A stretch of DNA of 64,000 nt from Gemmatimonadaceae bacterium (GCA_051859245.1 JBHYGA010000005.1:827537-891536); one strand, 5' to 3'; positions 50,916 through 60,533 are shown, counted from the first letter of the stretch. Notes: generated from the sequence alone by a model not told the origin. Numbers and translations are program-made.

Positions 50916-51377
50916 GTGATCGCCACGCCTGATGATCTGGCGTTCCTCGAGCTTGCACTCCTGCAGGCGCGCGAGGCGGCCCAAGCTGGTGAGGTGCCGG
51001 TCGGTGCCATCGTTGTGTGCGATGCGCAGGTCATCGCGCGCGCGCAGAACCGCATGCTGCACGAGAGCGATGCCACGGCGCACGCCGAAGTGCTCGCGTT
51101 GCGAGAGGCGGCGCGCGCGCTCGGTGAGGCCCGGTTGCGCGACTGCACGATGTACATCTCGCTGGAACCGTGTGCGATGTGCGCCGGTGCGATCGTGCTC
51201 GCGCGAGTGAGGCGCGTGGTATTCTCGGCCTGGGATGACAAAGCCGGTATGGCCGGTTCAGTCGGTGACATTCTGCGGCACCCGCGACTTAATCACCGGC
51301 CCGAAGTGCTCGGCGGGGTGAATGCCGAGCCGAGTGCGGAGTTGCTCCGGCAGTTTTTCGCGGCGCGTAGGGGCTGA
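50916..51377 (+). CDS. tadA: tRNA adenosine(34) deaminase
   Basis: EVPVGA, TAHAE, LEPCAMCAGAI, LNHR, FFAARR. Confidence 0.94.
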   Translation: MIATPDDLAFLELALLQAREAAQAGEVPVGAIVVCDAQVIARAQNRMLHESDATAHAEVLALREAARALGEARLRDCTMYISLEPCAMCAGAIVLARVRRVVFSAWDDKAGMAGSVGDILRHPRLNHRPEVLGGVNAEPSAELLRQFFAARRG

Positions 51378-51421
51378 GTGCGCGCTGAATCCGCTGGCGT
51401 TGGTGCGTCCGGCAGATACAA

Positions 51422-51487
51422 AACTGCATTTCCCACGGAGTCGCGGAGGCACGGAGAACTGCATAGAGCTTTTCTCCGTGCCTCCGT
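51422..51487. repeat. REP-like palindrome/terminator between convergent genes
   Basis: CACGGAG/CGCGGAG/CACGGAG units with ~8-nt period, AACTGCA twice, and the inverted arm TTCTCCGTGCCTCCG. Confidence 0.55.
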
Positions 51488-51490
51488 CCA

Positions 51491-53035
51491 CTACTTGAAC
51501 GTTTTCAACTCGCCGGCCTTGTACTTGCGCCAGTACTCGTCGAGCTCCCGCTTCACCTTGCCATGCAGGAGATACACACCCACAAGGTTCGGGAACGCCA
51601 TGCCGAGAATCATCAGGTCGCCAAAGTCGAGCACGTTCCGCGCCGTGATGATCGAGCCGAGAAATACGAAGCAGAGGAACAGTATGCGATATGACATGGA
51701 CGCTTTCGGTCCGAACAACCACACCCAGCAGCGTTCACCATAGTACGACCACGAGATCATCGTGGAGAAAGCGAACAGAAACACCGCGCCCGACAAGACA
51801 TACGGCATGAACGGCAGCTGTTCACCCATGGCGCGCGACGTGAGCGCTGCTCCCTGGTTGCCCGTGACAAGGCTTGCGTATTCCGGATTGTTGTACGCAC
51901 CGGTAATCACGATCACGAGCGCCGTCATGGTGCATACCACCACCGTATCGATGAATGGTTCGAGGAGCGCCACAATACCTTCGCGCACCGGATAATCCGT
52001 CTTGGCCGCGGAGTGAGCGATCGCTGCTGAACCGGCACCTGCTTCGTTCGAGAACGCCGCGCGCTGGAAGCCAACAATGAGCACGCCAATGAAGCCGCCG
52101 TACATGGCGTCGGGCGTGAACGCACCACGCATGATCTCACCAAACGCCCAGCCAATGCGGTTGAAGTTCATGAACAGCACGGTCAGCGCCGAGATCACAT
52201 ACACACCCGCCATGAGCGGCACAATTTTGTCGGCCACTGACGCAATGCGCTTGATGCCTCCAACAATCACGATGCCAACCAATACCGTCATCAGCAATCC
52301 GTAGGCCCACGGCGTGCTGGCAAAGAACGGCACCGTTTCCTGCAGCGCGTTCATGGACTGATTCACCTGGAAGCTGTTGCCGCCGCCGAGCGAACCACCA
52401 ATGCAAAGAATCGCGAAGAACACCGCGAGAAACTTGCCGAACTTGGCCATGCCCATTTCGGCGAGGCCCTTTGACAAGTACTGCATCGGACCGCCAAGCA
52501 CGTTGCCATCAGCGCCGATCGCGCGGTACTGCTGACCAAGCGTACACTCGGTGAACTTGGCCGTCATGCCAAGCAGACCGGCGCAGATCATCCAGAAGGT
52601 TGCGCCTGGTCCGCCCATGCTCACTGCGATTGCCACACCCGCAATGTTACCGAGACCAACCGTGGCTGAGAGTGCCGTGGTGAGCGCTTGAAAGTGCGAG
52701 ACGTCACCGACCGCTTTCGGATCCGTGAACTTACCGGCGGTCACTTGAATCGCGTGCTTGAAGGCTCGGATGTTGATGAAGCCCATGCGCACGGTGAGAA
52801 AGATCGAGGCAACCACGAGCCAGATCACGACGAGCGGAACGACGTGATCCGGGTCCCAGAAGAACACGTCGTAGAAAAAGACGGAGCTGATCACGGCGTT
52901 CACGGCGCCAACTGCGCTGTCAACCGTAGCCATGAATCCGGTGGCCTCTTGGGCCGCAGCCGTTGAGAGCGGAGCAGCGCTTGCGAACAGCGCGGCGAGA
53001 AGGCCGCGCGTCAAGCGACCGAATTGTGTGGTCAT
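51491..53035 (-). CDS. Alanine/glycine:cation symporter (AGCS family)
   Basis: ALSATVGLGNIAGVA, GGPGATFWM, GGPMQY, RAAFSNEAGAGS, PFIDTVVVCTMT, SWSYYGE. Confidence 0.95.
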   Translation of the reverse strand: MTTQFGRLTRGLLAALFASAAPLSTAAAQEATGFMATVDSAVGAVNAVISSVFFYDVFFWDPDHVVPLVVIWLVVASIFLTVRMGFINIRAFKHAIQVTAGKFTDPKAVGDVSHFQALTTALSATVGLGNIAGVAIAVSMGGPGATFWMICAGLLGMTAKFTECTLGQQYRAIGADGNVLGGPMQYLSKGLAEMGMAKFGKFLAVFFAILCIGGSLGGGNSFQVNQSMNALQETVPFFASTPWAYGLLMTVLVGIVIVGGIKRIASVADKIVPLMAGVYVISALTVLFMNFNRIGWAFGEIMRGAFTPDAMYGGFIGVLIVGFQRAAFSNEAGAGSAAIAHSAAKTDYPVREGIVALLEPFIDTVVVCTMTALVIVITGAYNNPEYASLVTGNQGAALTSRAMGEQLPFMPYVLSGAVFLFAFSTMISWSYYGERCWVWLFGPKASMSYRILFLCFVFLGSIITARNVLDFGDLMILGMAFPNLVGVYLLHGKVKRELDEYWRKYKAGELKTFK

Positions 53036-53337
53036 GCGGAAGGCGGGGAAGGGAATGGTGACATCATCGTCACCGCACGCGCCAGAACGGCGACATCGGA
53101 GAGAAAAGCCAAGCTATCCTGCGGTCACGCCGCACGATACCTGACACGGGGAATGCGCACGCGCAACGTGTTACGCGTGCATTACGCGCGCCAACTCCCT
53201 CGCGCTGAGCTGTATTTCACCGAAGTCTCAGATCATCAACACGTTGACACACGTTGGAAGACCCGGTAAATATTCAGATTCCTTGGGCTACCGCACCGCT
53301 CGTGCAGGCAGATCACCGCCCTGCAGTAGTGCGCCCA

Positions 53338-53424
53338 GGACAGGTGGCTGAGTGGTTGAAGGCACCGGTCTCGAAAACCGGCGTACCCGCAAGGGTATCG
53401 TGAGTTCGAATCTCACCCTGTCCG
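53338..53424 (+). tRNA. tRNA-Ser(CGA)
   Basis: GGACAGG..CCTGTCC acceptor stem, anticodon arm CCGGT-CTCGAAA-ACCGG, long variable arm, GTTCGAATC; CCA not encoded. Confidence 0.96.
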
Positions 53425-53448
53425 TTGCACGTCACACAAAAACCGTTG

Positions 53449-53535
53449 GGATGGGTGGCCGAGTGGTTTAAGGCGCACGCCTGGAAAGCGTGTGGGCGCG
53501 CAAGCGTCTCGCGAGTTCGAATCTCGCCTCATCCG
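53449..53535 (+). tRNA. tRNA-Ser(GGA)
   Basis: GGATGGG..CTCATCC acceptor stem, anticodon arm CACGC-CTGGAAA-GCGTG, long variable arm, GTTCGAATC; CCA not encoded. Confidence 0.96.
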
Positions 53536-53539
53536 TGCG

Positions 53540-53580
53540 CCCCGCAATGATCCCATTGATCGTTGCGGGGTTTGCCTTTT
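53540..53580 (+). terminator. Intrinsic terminator after the tRNA pair
   Basis: CCCCGCAATGATC...GATCGTTGCGGGG then TTTGCCTTTT. Confidence 0.7.
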
Positions 53581-53699
53581 GTGCGCCATCGCATTGCGAT
53601 TCCTTCCCGGGCGCACCAGATATCAAGGAGATCGGGGGCGCATCACGGCGCGACCCGAGTGCGGAAGATCGCCCAGATTGCTACTGAAGGAGTCGCATC

Positions 53700-54140
53700 A
53701 TGCCATCCGCCCAACCGATTCACCGCAGCCGTCCTACCGGCTGGCGGTTTGTTGTCATCGCCGTTGTTGCGCTTGGCGTCTTTCTGCTTTGCGCCAGTGT
53801 GCTGGTGGCCACAACAAGTCGACCTGGAAGCCAGGCCGGGATTTCTGCGAGCGCGGAGCCCACCATGCAAGGCGCGAAGGTCAGCATTCGCGGCAAGGGC
53901 TGGCCGGCCAAGACGGCGGTCGTCTTGTCCGCGAGCGCGCCGCCGGGGGCCACCACCGACCTCGATTTTGGCACGGTTCAGAGTGACGCATCGGGTGAGT
54001 TCCGGGCCACCAAGCTCTCCAAGTGCACGACGCGCACGCCAACGGACACATCCGCCTTGGTGTATGTCAAGGCGAAGGCCGGGGAGGCTGAAGCCACCGC
54101 GCGCATCAGCGCCGCCGCCTGGTTGTGCATGGCGCCGTAA
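53700..54140 (+). CDS. Hypothetical small exported/membrane-anchored protein (Ig-like beta domain)
   Basis: RBS AAGGAG; N-terminal hydrophobic segment; VSIRGKGWP..VQSDASGEF beta pattern. Confidence 0.6.
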   Translation: MPSAQPIHRSRPTGWRFVVIAVVALGVFLLCASVLVATTSRPGSQAGISASAEPTMQGAKVSIRGKGWPAKTAVVLSASAPPGATTDLDFGTVQSDASGEFRATKLSKCTTRTPTDTSALVYVKAKAGEAEATARISAAAWLCMAP

Positions 54141-54233
54141 CGCGTACACTCAAGCACGATCGCCAGACGCTCTGCCAGCAGCTGCAGCAGCGTTCCCCGC
54201 TGGCCGCATTTCTTCGACGCTCGCCCCGCCTCC

Positions 54234-55454
54234 GTGACGACTGCTGTTTTCGCCTGTCCGATTTTCTCGCCAGCCGCCACACAAATGATCGAGGCCGCGC
54301 TCTCCTTGCCAGGAGTGAAGCTCGCGGTCGTGGCGCAACAATCGCTTGAGGACCTCCCAGAGCGCCTCGCCAGTCGCCTGGTGGGGCATTGGCAAGTCCA
54401 TGATGTCACAGACGTCGCGCAACTCACCTGGGCCGTGCGTGAGTTGCACACGCGCGTTGGGAACGTGGACCGGCTCTTCGGCGCGTACGAACAGCTGCAA
54501 GTGCCCCTCGCCGAAGTGCGCGAGCATTTTAACGTGCCCGGCATGCGGCCCGACGCGGCGCGTCGGTTTCGCGACAAGGCCCTGATGAAAGCCACGTTGC
54601 GCGCCGCAGGATTGCCGTGCGCGCGGCATTGCCTGGTCACGACCGCCGACGATGCCTGGCAGTTCGCGCGTGATGTCGGATTTCCGCTGGTTGCCAAACC
54701 ACCCGCCGGCGCCGGTGCAAGGAACACGGAGCGCATTGAAAATGGCGCCGCCTTGGGTGCATGGCTGTCCAAGCATCCACCACACGCCGGCGACCCCTTG
54801 CTGCTCGAGGAGTTCTTGAGCGGCCGCGAACATTCGCTCGAAACCGTCACGATCAACGGCAAAGCGGTGTGGCATTCGCTCACACACTACGATCCCACGC
54901 CGCTTGAAGTGCTGGAGCAGCCGTGGGTGCAGTGGTGTGTGGTATTGCCACGTGAAATTGACGATCCCAAATACGACGACATTCGTGACATCGGCGCGCG
55001 GTCACTGGCCGCGCTCGGCATGGACACGGGCGTGTCGCACTGCGAATGGTTTCGCCGCAGTGATGGATCCGTCGCGATTTCAGAAATCGCGGCGCGACCC
55101 CCAGGCGCACAGATCACCACAATCATTTCACGCGCGCACGACATTGATTTTGTCCGCGCCTGGGTCGAGGTGCAGTTGTTCGGGCACTTCGACATTCCCG
55201 AGCGCAAATACGCGGTCGGCGCCGCGTATCTCAGAGGCCAGGGCCAAGGTCGCGTGACCGCGCTCGAAGGCATCGACACCGTGGTGCGTGAGCTCGGCGC
55301 ACTCGTGACCGACTATCGGTTGCCAACCGTTGGCCAGACACCCACGGGCAGTTACGAAGGCGAAGGCTTCATCATCTTGCGTCACCCGGAAACCGACGTT
55401 GTTGTGCGCTCACTGCGTCGACTCATATCCACCCTGCGCGTCCGCCTCGGCTGA
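54234..55454 (+). CDS. ATP-grasp domain protein (carboxylate-amine ligase-like) 1
   Basis: FRDKALMK, GFPLVAKPPAGAGA, LLEEFLSGREHS, HCEWF, EIAARPPG. Confidence 0.9.
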   Translation: MTTAVFACPIFSPAATQMIEAALSLPGVKLAVVAQQSLEDLPERLASRLVGHWQVHDVTDVAQLTWAVRELHTRVGNVDRLFGAYEQLQVPLAEVREHFNVPGMRPDAARRFRDKALMKATLRAAGLPCARHCLVTTADDAWQFARDVGFPLVAKPPAGAGARNTERIENGAALGAWLSKHPPHAGDPLLLEEFLSGREHSLETVTINGKAVWHSLTHYDPTPLEVLEQPWVQWCVVLPREIDDPKYDDIRDIGARSLAALGMDTGVSHCEWFRRSDGSVAISEIAARPPGAQITTIISRAHDIDFVRAWVEVQLFGHFDIPERKYAVGAAYLRGQGQGRVTALEGIDTVVRELGALVTDYRLPTVGQTPTGSYEGEGFIILRHPETDVVVRSLRRLISTLRVRLG

Positions 55455-55479
55455 CGTCACACCGCTCGCGAGAAATTGC

Positions 55480-56706
55480 ATGGCGCACAATGTCCTCATG
55501 ATCATGCCGGGTTTCCCGGGAGAGATGCCACTCTTTACGCGTGGTCTCGCCGAAGTGGGCGCCACGGTGTGGGGCGTTGCGCCAGGTGGCGTGAACGAAC
55601 TCCCGGAACTCGCGCGCAAGAATCTGTCGCACTATCGCTCCATTCCTGAGCTCTTCACCAACACACCGGCGGCCATCGCGGCCGTTCGCGAATGGACGCG
55701 TGGTGTCACGATTGATCGCGTGAGCTGTTTGTGGGAACCGGGTGTTGAACTTGCCGCCGCCATTCGCGAAGCACTGGGCGTACCAGGGCTCACGCCGTTG
55801 CAGGCGAGTCGCTTTCGCAACAAGGAGTTGATGAAGCAGGCCCTCGACGCCGCCGGTGTGCGCGTGCCACGACATGTGGCGGCCCGTACAATCAAAGAGG
55901 TGCAGGCCGGCGCCGAAAAAGTTGGCTTCCCGTGCATCATCAAACCGATTGCCGGTGCCGGTTCCCAGGACACGTTTCGTTGCGACTCGCAGGCCGAGCT
56001 TGATGCCGCACTCGCGCAACTCGGTCACATCGAAGAAGTGAGCGTGGAGGAGTTCATTGACGGTGAAGAGTTCACCTTCGATACGGTGTGCGCGAACGGC
56101 AAGATTGAATACTTCCATGTGGGCTACTATCGCCCACGCCCGCTCGTGGCCCGCACGCTGGAATGGGTGAGTCCGCAAACGCTGAGCTACCGCAACGTGG
56201 ACGATCCGGCCGTCGCTGGTGGACGCGCCATGGGGGCCGAAGTGCTCAAGGCGCTGGAGTTCGAGACCGGCTTCACGCACATGGAGTGGTACAAGAAATC
56301 CGACGGCGAAGTGGTGTTTGGTGAAGTCGCCGCGCGTCCGCCCGGTGCGCGCACGGTAGACCTCATGAATTTCCAATCGGACATCGATCTGTTCACGGGG
56401 TGGGCCGACGCCGAAGTGCACGGGCGCTTTTCGCTGACCGTCGACCGGAAGTACAACTGCGCCTGCATTACCAAGCGCGCCCACGGCCAGGGGCGGATCC
56501 AGCGGATCGAGGGCATGGACCGGCTCCGCGCGCGGTGCGGAGACGCCATCGTGGCGGTGGATCTGATTCCGGTGGGGTCGCCACGCCGTGATTGGAAGGC
56601 CACGCTGCTCTCCGACGGCCACGTGACGCTACGTCATCCGGACTGGAAGGAGACGATGGCGATGGCCGATTTTGTAGGGGAAGAGCTGCACCTGTACGCC
56701 GGCTGA
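55480..56706 (+). CDS. ATP-grasp domain protein (carboxylate-amine ligase-like) 2
   Basis: FRNKELMK, GFPCIIKPIAGAGS, VEEFIDGEEFT, HMEWY, EVAARPPG. Confidence 0.9.
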   Translation: MAHNVLMIMPGFPGEMPLFTRGLAEVGATVWGVAPGGVNELPELARKNLSHYRSIPELFTNTPAAIAAVREWTRGVTIDRVSCLWEPGVELAAAIREALGVPGLTPLQASRFRNKELMKQALDAAGVRVPRHVAARTIKEVQAGAEKVGFPCIIKPIAGAGSQDTFRCDSQAELDAALAQLGHIEEVSVEEFIDGEEFTFDTVCANGKIEYFHVGYYRPRPLVARTLEWVSPQTLSYRNVDDPAVAGGRAMGAEVLKALEFETGFTHMEWYKKSDGEVVFGEVAARPPGARTVDLMNFQSDIDLFTGWADAEVHGRFSLTVDRKYNCACITKRAHGQGRIQRIEGMDRLRARCGDAIVAVDLIPVGSPRRDWKATLLSDGHVTLRHPDWKETMAMADFVGEELHLYAG

Positions 56707-56845
56707 TCGTTAGGCGTTGCGCGAATAACACACCTGACCACCTGAGGCGCACGCGCCACAGCGACCGGTGTATTCGCGCGACGCTCAATACGCCCATTTC
56801 TCCTCTGAGAGAGGGAAATCAGACGGTACGGATGTGGTCGCTTCG

Positions 56846-56861
56846 CGGCACGGCCCTTGCT
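56846..56861 (+). promoter_or_regulatory. Sigma54 (-24/-12) promoter upstream of an orphan gene
   Basis: CGGCACG-GCCC-TTGCT, matching YGGCACG-N4-TTGC, ~100 nt before the ATG at 56961. Confidence 0.65.
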
Positions 56862-56960
56862 CTGAGGCACAGATGTAGGCACAGAAGCATTGTGCCACCG
56901 GCGGTGATGCGTTCTATTGCGCTTTGCTCCGCCGGATTCGTCCCTCCGAGGAACCAGACT

Positions 56961-57452
56961 ATGTCGCGTATCGTCGAAGATCCACCAATCGAAGCCGCCC
57001 GCAGCCACTTCTCGCAGCTGTGTGTGCTGCTCACCGGCGTCGCCGCCGGTGTGGTGGAGCCAACCGCTGGTGAGTCTTTGCAGAGCCCGAGCTACCACAT
57101 GGGTCGCCGGGACGGCTACCACGTGGTCGTGGCGCACCTGGCCAGCAGCCGCACCCTGCGCGAGGCGGCCGACAAGTGTGTCGCCTTTGGCCGCGGCGTT
57201 GAGGAGCGGGCCAGCACCCATCCGTACGGACCCGACTGGTGCCACGGCTTCGCGCAGGCCACGCTCGATGCGGCCTCCGATCTGGCCATGTACGCTGCCA
57301 CCTGCACGCTTCCGGTGGTCAACAAGGCACGCCTGCGTTCGGCCCGCACGGCGGCTCGTCACCTGTCACCGTTCCCGAACGCATGGACCGCTCCGCGCGG
57401 CGCTTCCGCACTGGATGCGCCAGAAGCGCCAAGCTCGCCGCGTGAGTGGTAA
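56961..57452 (+). CDS. Hypothetical protein (163 aa)
   Basis: RBS GAGGA before the ATG, GC-rich third codon positions, upstream sigma54 motif and downstream terminator. Confidence 0.6.
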   Translation: MSRIVEDPPIEAARSHFSQLCVLLTGVAAGVVEPTAGESLQSPSYHMGRRDGYHVVVAHLASSRTLREAADKCVAFGRGVEERASTHPYGPDWCHGFAQATLDAASDLAMYAATCTLPVVNKARLRSARTAARHLSPFPNAWTAPRGASALDAPEAPSSPREW

Positions 57453-57495
57453 CCGGCGCCGCTGTGCCGCGTGAACGTGATTGACGCTCGCTCGT

Positions 57496-57545
57496 AAAAA
57501 ACAACGGGTCGCATCTCCTCAGGGACGTGCGACCCGTTTGTTGTT
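57496..57545 (+). terminator. Intrinsic terminator-like hairpin upstream of pyrR
   Basis: AACGGGTCGCA...TGCGACCCGTT then TGTTGTT. Confidence 0.7.
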
Positions 57546-57560
57546 GCATATATTGCGCGC

Positions 57561-58106
57561 ATGTCCAAACCCACCACACTGCTCGATGCACGCGCGATGG
57601 ATCGCACGCTGCGTCGCATGGCCGACGAGATCGTTGAGCTGAACGGCGGCACCGATGATCTCGTGATTGTTGGCATTGAGCGCCGGGGCGTGCAGCTCGC
57701 CGAACGACTCGTTCGCCTGATCGAAGCACAGGAACAAGTGGTCGTCACGCGCGGAGCGCTCGACATCACGCTCTATCGCGACGACTTGCAAACCGTCGGA
57801 CCACGACCGGTGGTTGGACGTACGCAGCTGCCCTTGTCGCTCGACGGCAAGCGCGTGGTCATTGTGGACGATGTGCTGTACACCGGCCGCACCATTCGCG
57901 CGGCGCTCGACGAGCTCGCTGATTTCGGGCGGCCGGCGCGTATTGCCCTTGTGGTGCTCGTTGATCGCGGCGGACGCGAACTGCCGATTCACGCCGACAT
58001 TGTGGGCCGCACGGTCGAGGTCTCTCCGGATCAGCGTGTTGACGTCTTCATTTCCGAAGTGGACGAACGCGATGCCGTCATTCTCGCGGACCGCGACGCC
58101 GCGTGA
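57561..58106 (+). CDS. pyrR: Bifunctional pyr regulator / uracil phosphoribosyltransferase
   Basis: [41 protein letters not shown]. Confidence 0.95.
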   Translation: MSKPTTLLDARAMDRTLRRMADEIVELNGGTDDLVIVGIERRGVQLAERLVRLIEAQEQVVVTRGALDITLYRDDLQTVGPRPVVGRTQLPLSLDGKRVVIVDDVLYTGRTIRAALDELADFGRPARIALVVLVDRGGRELPIHADIVGRTVEVSPDQRVDVFISEVDERDAVILADRDAA

Positions 58107-58141
58107 ACGGACTGCATGCAAACATTGCAACACATCAGCGT

Positions 58142-59101
58142 ATGAATGGTCCGCTCGGCAAAGACTTGCTCGGTCTCGATGAACTGACAGCGGACCAGAT
58201 TCGCCTCATTCTCGATACGGCCGTTCCATTCAAGGAAGTCAGCGAACGACAGATCAAGAAGGTGCCGACGCTGCGCGGCATGACGATCGTCAATCTGTTT
58301 TTCGAAGCGTCAACGCGCACGCGCGTCTCGTTCGAGTTTGCTGAAAAACGACTGTCGGCGGACACGGTGAATGTGGCCTCGTCCGGCTCGAGTGTGTCCA
58401 AGGGCGAAACGCTGGTGGACACGGCGCGCAATCTTGAAGCGATGCGCATTGACATGGTGGTGATTCGTCACCCGGCATCAGGTGCCGCGCGATTCCTGGC
58501 GGAGCGCATCGACAGCAACGTGATCAATGCGGGCGATGGAACGCACGAGCATCCCACGCAGGCGCTGCTCGACATTCTCACCTTGCGCGATCGGTTCGGT
58601 GATCTGACTGGACGCCGCGTCTGCATTGTTGGTGATGTGCTGCATTCGCGTGTCGCGCGCTCCAACATTCACGGACTGCGCAAGCTTGGTGCGGAAGTGG
58701 CCGTGTGCGGACCGCGTTCACTGCTGCCCAACGCGGTCGAAGAACTTGGCGTGCAGGTGTTTGACCGTATTGAAGCGGCGATCGAATGGGCAGAGGCGCT
58801 GAACATTCTGCGTCTGCAGCTGGAGCGCATGCAAGCGGGCTACATCCCGTCGCTGCGCGAATACAATCGTGTCTTTGGTGTTACGAGCGAGCGCCTCGAC
58901 AAGGCGCCGCATGACCTTCTCATCCTGCACCCCGGCCCCATGAACCGCGGCGTGGAAATCGATTCAGACGTGGCCGACGGCCCGCATTCTGTCATCCTGC
59001 ATCAGGTCACGAACGGCGTTGCTGTTCGCATGGCGGTGCTCTATTTGCTCGCCGGTGGGCGTCCCGATCTGGCCGACGCGGCCAAGGGAGGAGCCCGCTG
59101 A
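58142..59101 (+). CDS. pyrB: Aspartate carbamoyltransferase catalytic subunit
   Basis: [40 protein letters not shown]. Confidence 0.97.
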   Translation: MNGPLGKDLLGLDELTADQIRLILDTAVPFKEVSERQIKKVPTLRGMTIVNLFFEASTRTRVSFEFAEKRLSADTVNVASSGSSVSKGETLVDTARNLEAMRIDMVVIRHPASGAARFLAERIDSNVINAGDGTHEHPTQALLDILTLRDRFGDLTGRRVCIVGDVLHSRVARSNIHGLRKLGAEVAVCGPRSLLPNAVEELGVQVFDRIEAAIEWAEALNILRLQLERMQAGYIPSLREYNRVFGVTSERLDKAPHDLLILHPGPMNRGVEIDSDVADGPHSVILHQVTNGVAVRMAVLYLLAGGRPDLADAAKGGAR

Positions 59102-60387
59102 TGTCTCGCGATCTGTTACTGCGCGGCGGTCGGATTGTGGACCCGTCGCAAAACATGGATGTCGTCGGTGATGTGTTGCTGCGTGATGGCAAAGTCGAAT
59201 CGTGTGGCGCATCGCTCGGCACGCCCGATGGTGCCGAGGTGATTGACTGTGCCGGTCTCGTGGTCACACCCGGCATGATTGATGTGCACGTGCACATGCG
59301 CGAGCCAGGCCGCGAAGATGTGGAAACGATCAAGTCGGGTGCCCATTCGGCCGCCGCCGGCGGATTCACGGCGGTGTGCGCGATGCCGAACACGCGACCC
59401 GTCACCGACAACCAGGCCACCGTTGGTTTTGTAAAGCGTCAGGGTGAAGCCGCGGGCTTCGCGCGTGTGTATCCGTACGGGGCGATCTCCGTTGGCTCCA
59501 AGGGCGAAACGCTGGCCGAAATGGGCGAAATGATCAGCGCTGGTGCGGTGGCGTTCAGCGATGACGGGTATCCGGTGTCGAGCTCGCAACTCATGCGTAC
59601 CGCGCTTGAATACGCACGCACGTTTGGGGTACCGGTGGCCGAGCACTGCGAGGACATGTCGCTCGCACACGGCGGATCAATGAACGAGAGTGCCGTGAGC
59701 GCGCGCCTTGGTCTCAAAGGTATTCCCAACGAAGCCGAAGAGATCTATGTGATCCGCGACATTCTGCTCGCGAAGCGCACCGGCGGACATATTCACATGT
59801 GTCACATGAGTACGAAAGGCTCGGTGGAGCTGATTCGCTGGGGCAAGGAACGCGGTGTGAACGTGACGGCGGAAGTGTGCTCGCATCATATCTCGCTCAC
59901 CGATGAACGTGTCGGTCAGTACGACACGAACGCCAAAATGAATCCGCCGCTACGAAGCGCCGAAGATGTGGAAGCGCTGCAGCAGGGGCTGGCTGATGGC
60001 ACGATCGATTTGCTCGTCACCGATCACGCTCCTCATCACTACGACGAGAAGGAACGTGAATTCGCCGACGCGCCCAATGGCATCGTGGGCCTCGAAACGG
60101 CGCTCGGCGTGAATTGCACGTGGTTGCTGCATCGCGGGGTGATGTCGCTGTCGGCCATGGTCGACAGCATGGCGTGCAAGCCGGCCAAGGTGTTCGGTCT
60201 GCCGGGCGGCACGCTGCGCGCGGGCAGCCTGGGTGATGTCACCGTGTTCGACCCCAACCGCGTCTGGACGGTTGATCCTAAGCAGTTCAAGTCGAAGGGG
60301 CGCAACACGCCCTACGGCGGCGTGGAACTCACGGGTCAGGCCCGCTATACCGTGGTGGGTGGTCGGGTGGTGTTCGCGGCGTCTTGA
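59101..60387 (+). CDS. pyrC: Dihydroorotase (type I)
   Basis: DVHVHMREPG, MPNT, KMNPPLR, TDHAPH. Confidence 0.96.
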   Translation: MSRDLLLRGGRIVDPSQNMDVVGDVLLRDGKVESCGASLGTPDGAEVIDCAGLVVTPGMIDVHVHMREPGREDVETIKSGAHSAAAGGFTAVCAMPNTRPVTDNQATVGFVKRQGEAAGFARVYPYGAISVGSKGETLAEMGEMISAGAVAFSDDGYPVSSSQLMRTALEYARTFGVPVAEHCEDMSLAHGGSMNESAVSARLGLKGIPNEAEEIYVIRDILLAKRTGGHIHMCHMSTKGSVELIRWGKERGVNVTAEVCSHHISLTDERVGQYDTNAKMNPPLRSAEDVEALQQGLADGTIDLLVTDHAPHHYDEKEREFADAPNGIVGLETALGVNCTWLLHRGVMSLSAMVDSMACKPAKVFGLPGGTLRAGSLGDVTVFDPNRVWTVDPKQFKSKGRNTPYGGVELTGQARYTVVGGRVVFAAS

Positions 60388-60533
60388 GTACCCGCTCTCA
60401 CCACCGGAGCACGATGTATCACGGTGTGACATGAGTCGTCTATTGGAGTAACATGAAGCACGGGGCGCCGATGCTTCGTGCATCGTCGAGCAATCGTTCG
60501 CACTGTTGGCTGTCGTTCACTCGGAGTTTTCGC

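Noticed and set aside
51380..51420. c-di-AMP (ydaO) riboswitch suggested by GCTGAATCC
   Set aside because: The rest of the motif is missing, and the site lies between convergent gene ends.
53036..53240. Glycine riboswitch upstream of the alanine/glycine symporter
   Set aside because: The GGAGA, CCGAAG and CUCUCAGG core motifs are absent on the minus strand.
53338..57452. Integrative element at tRNA-Ser
   Set aside because: No integrase and no duplicated tRNA 3' end was seen downstream.
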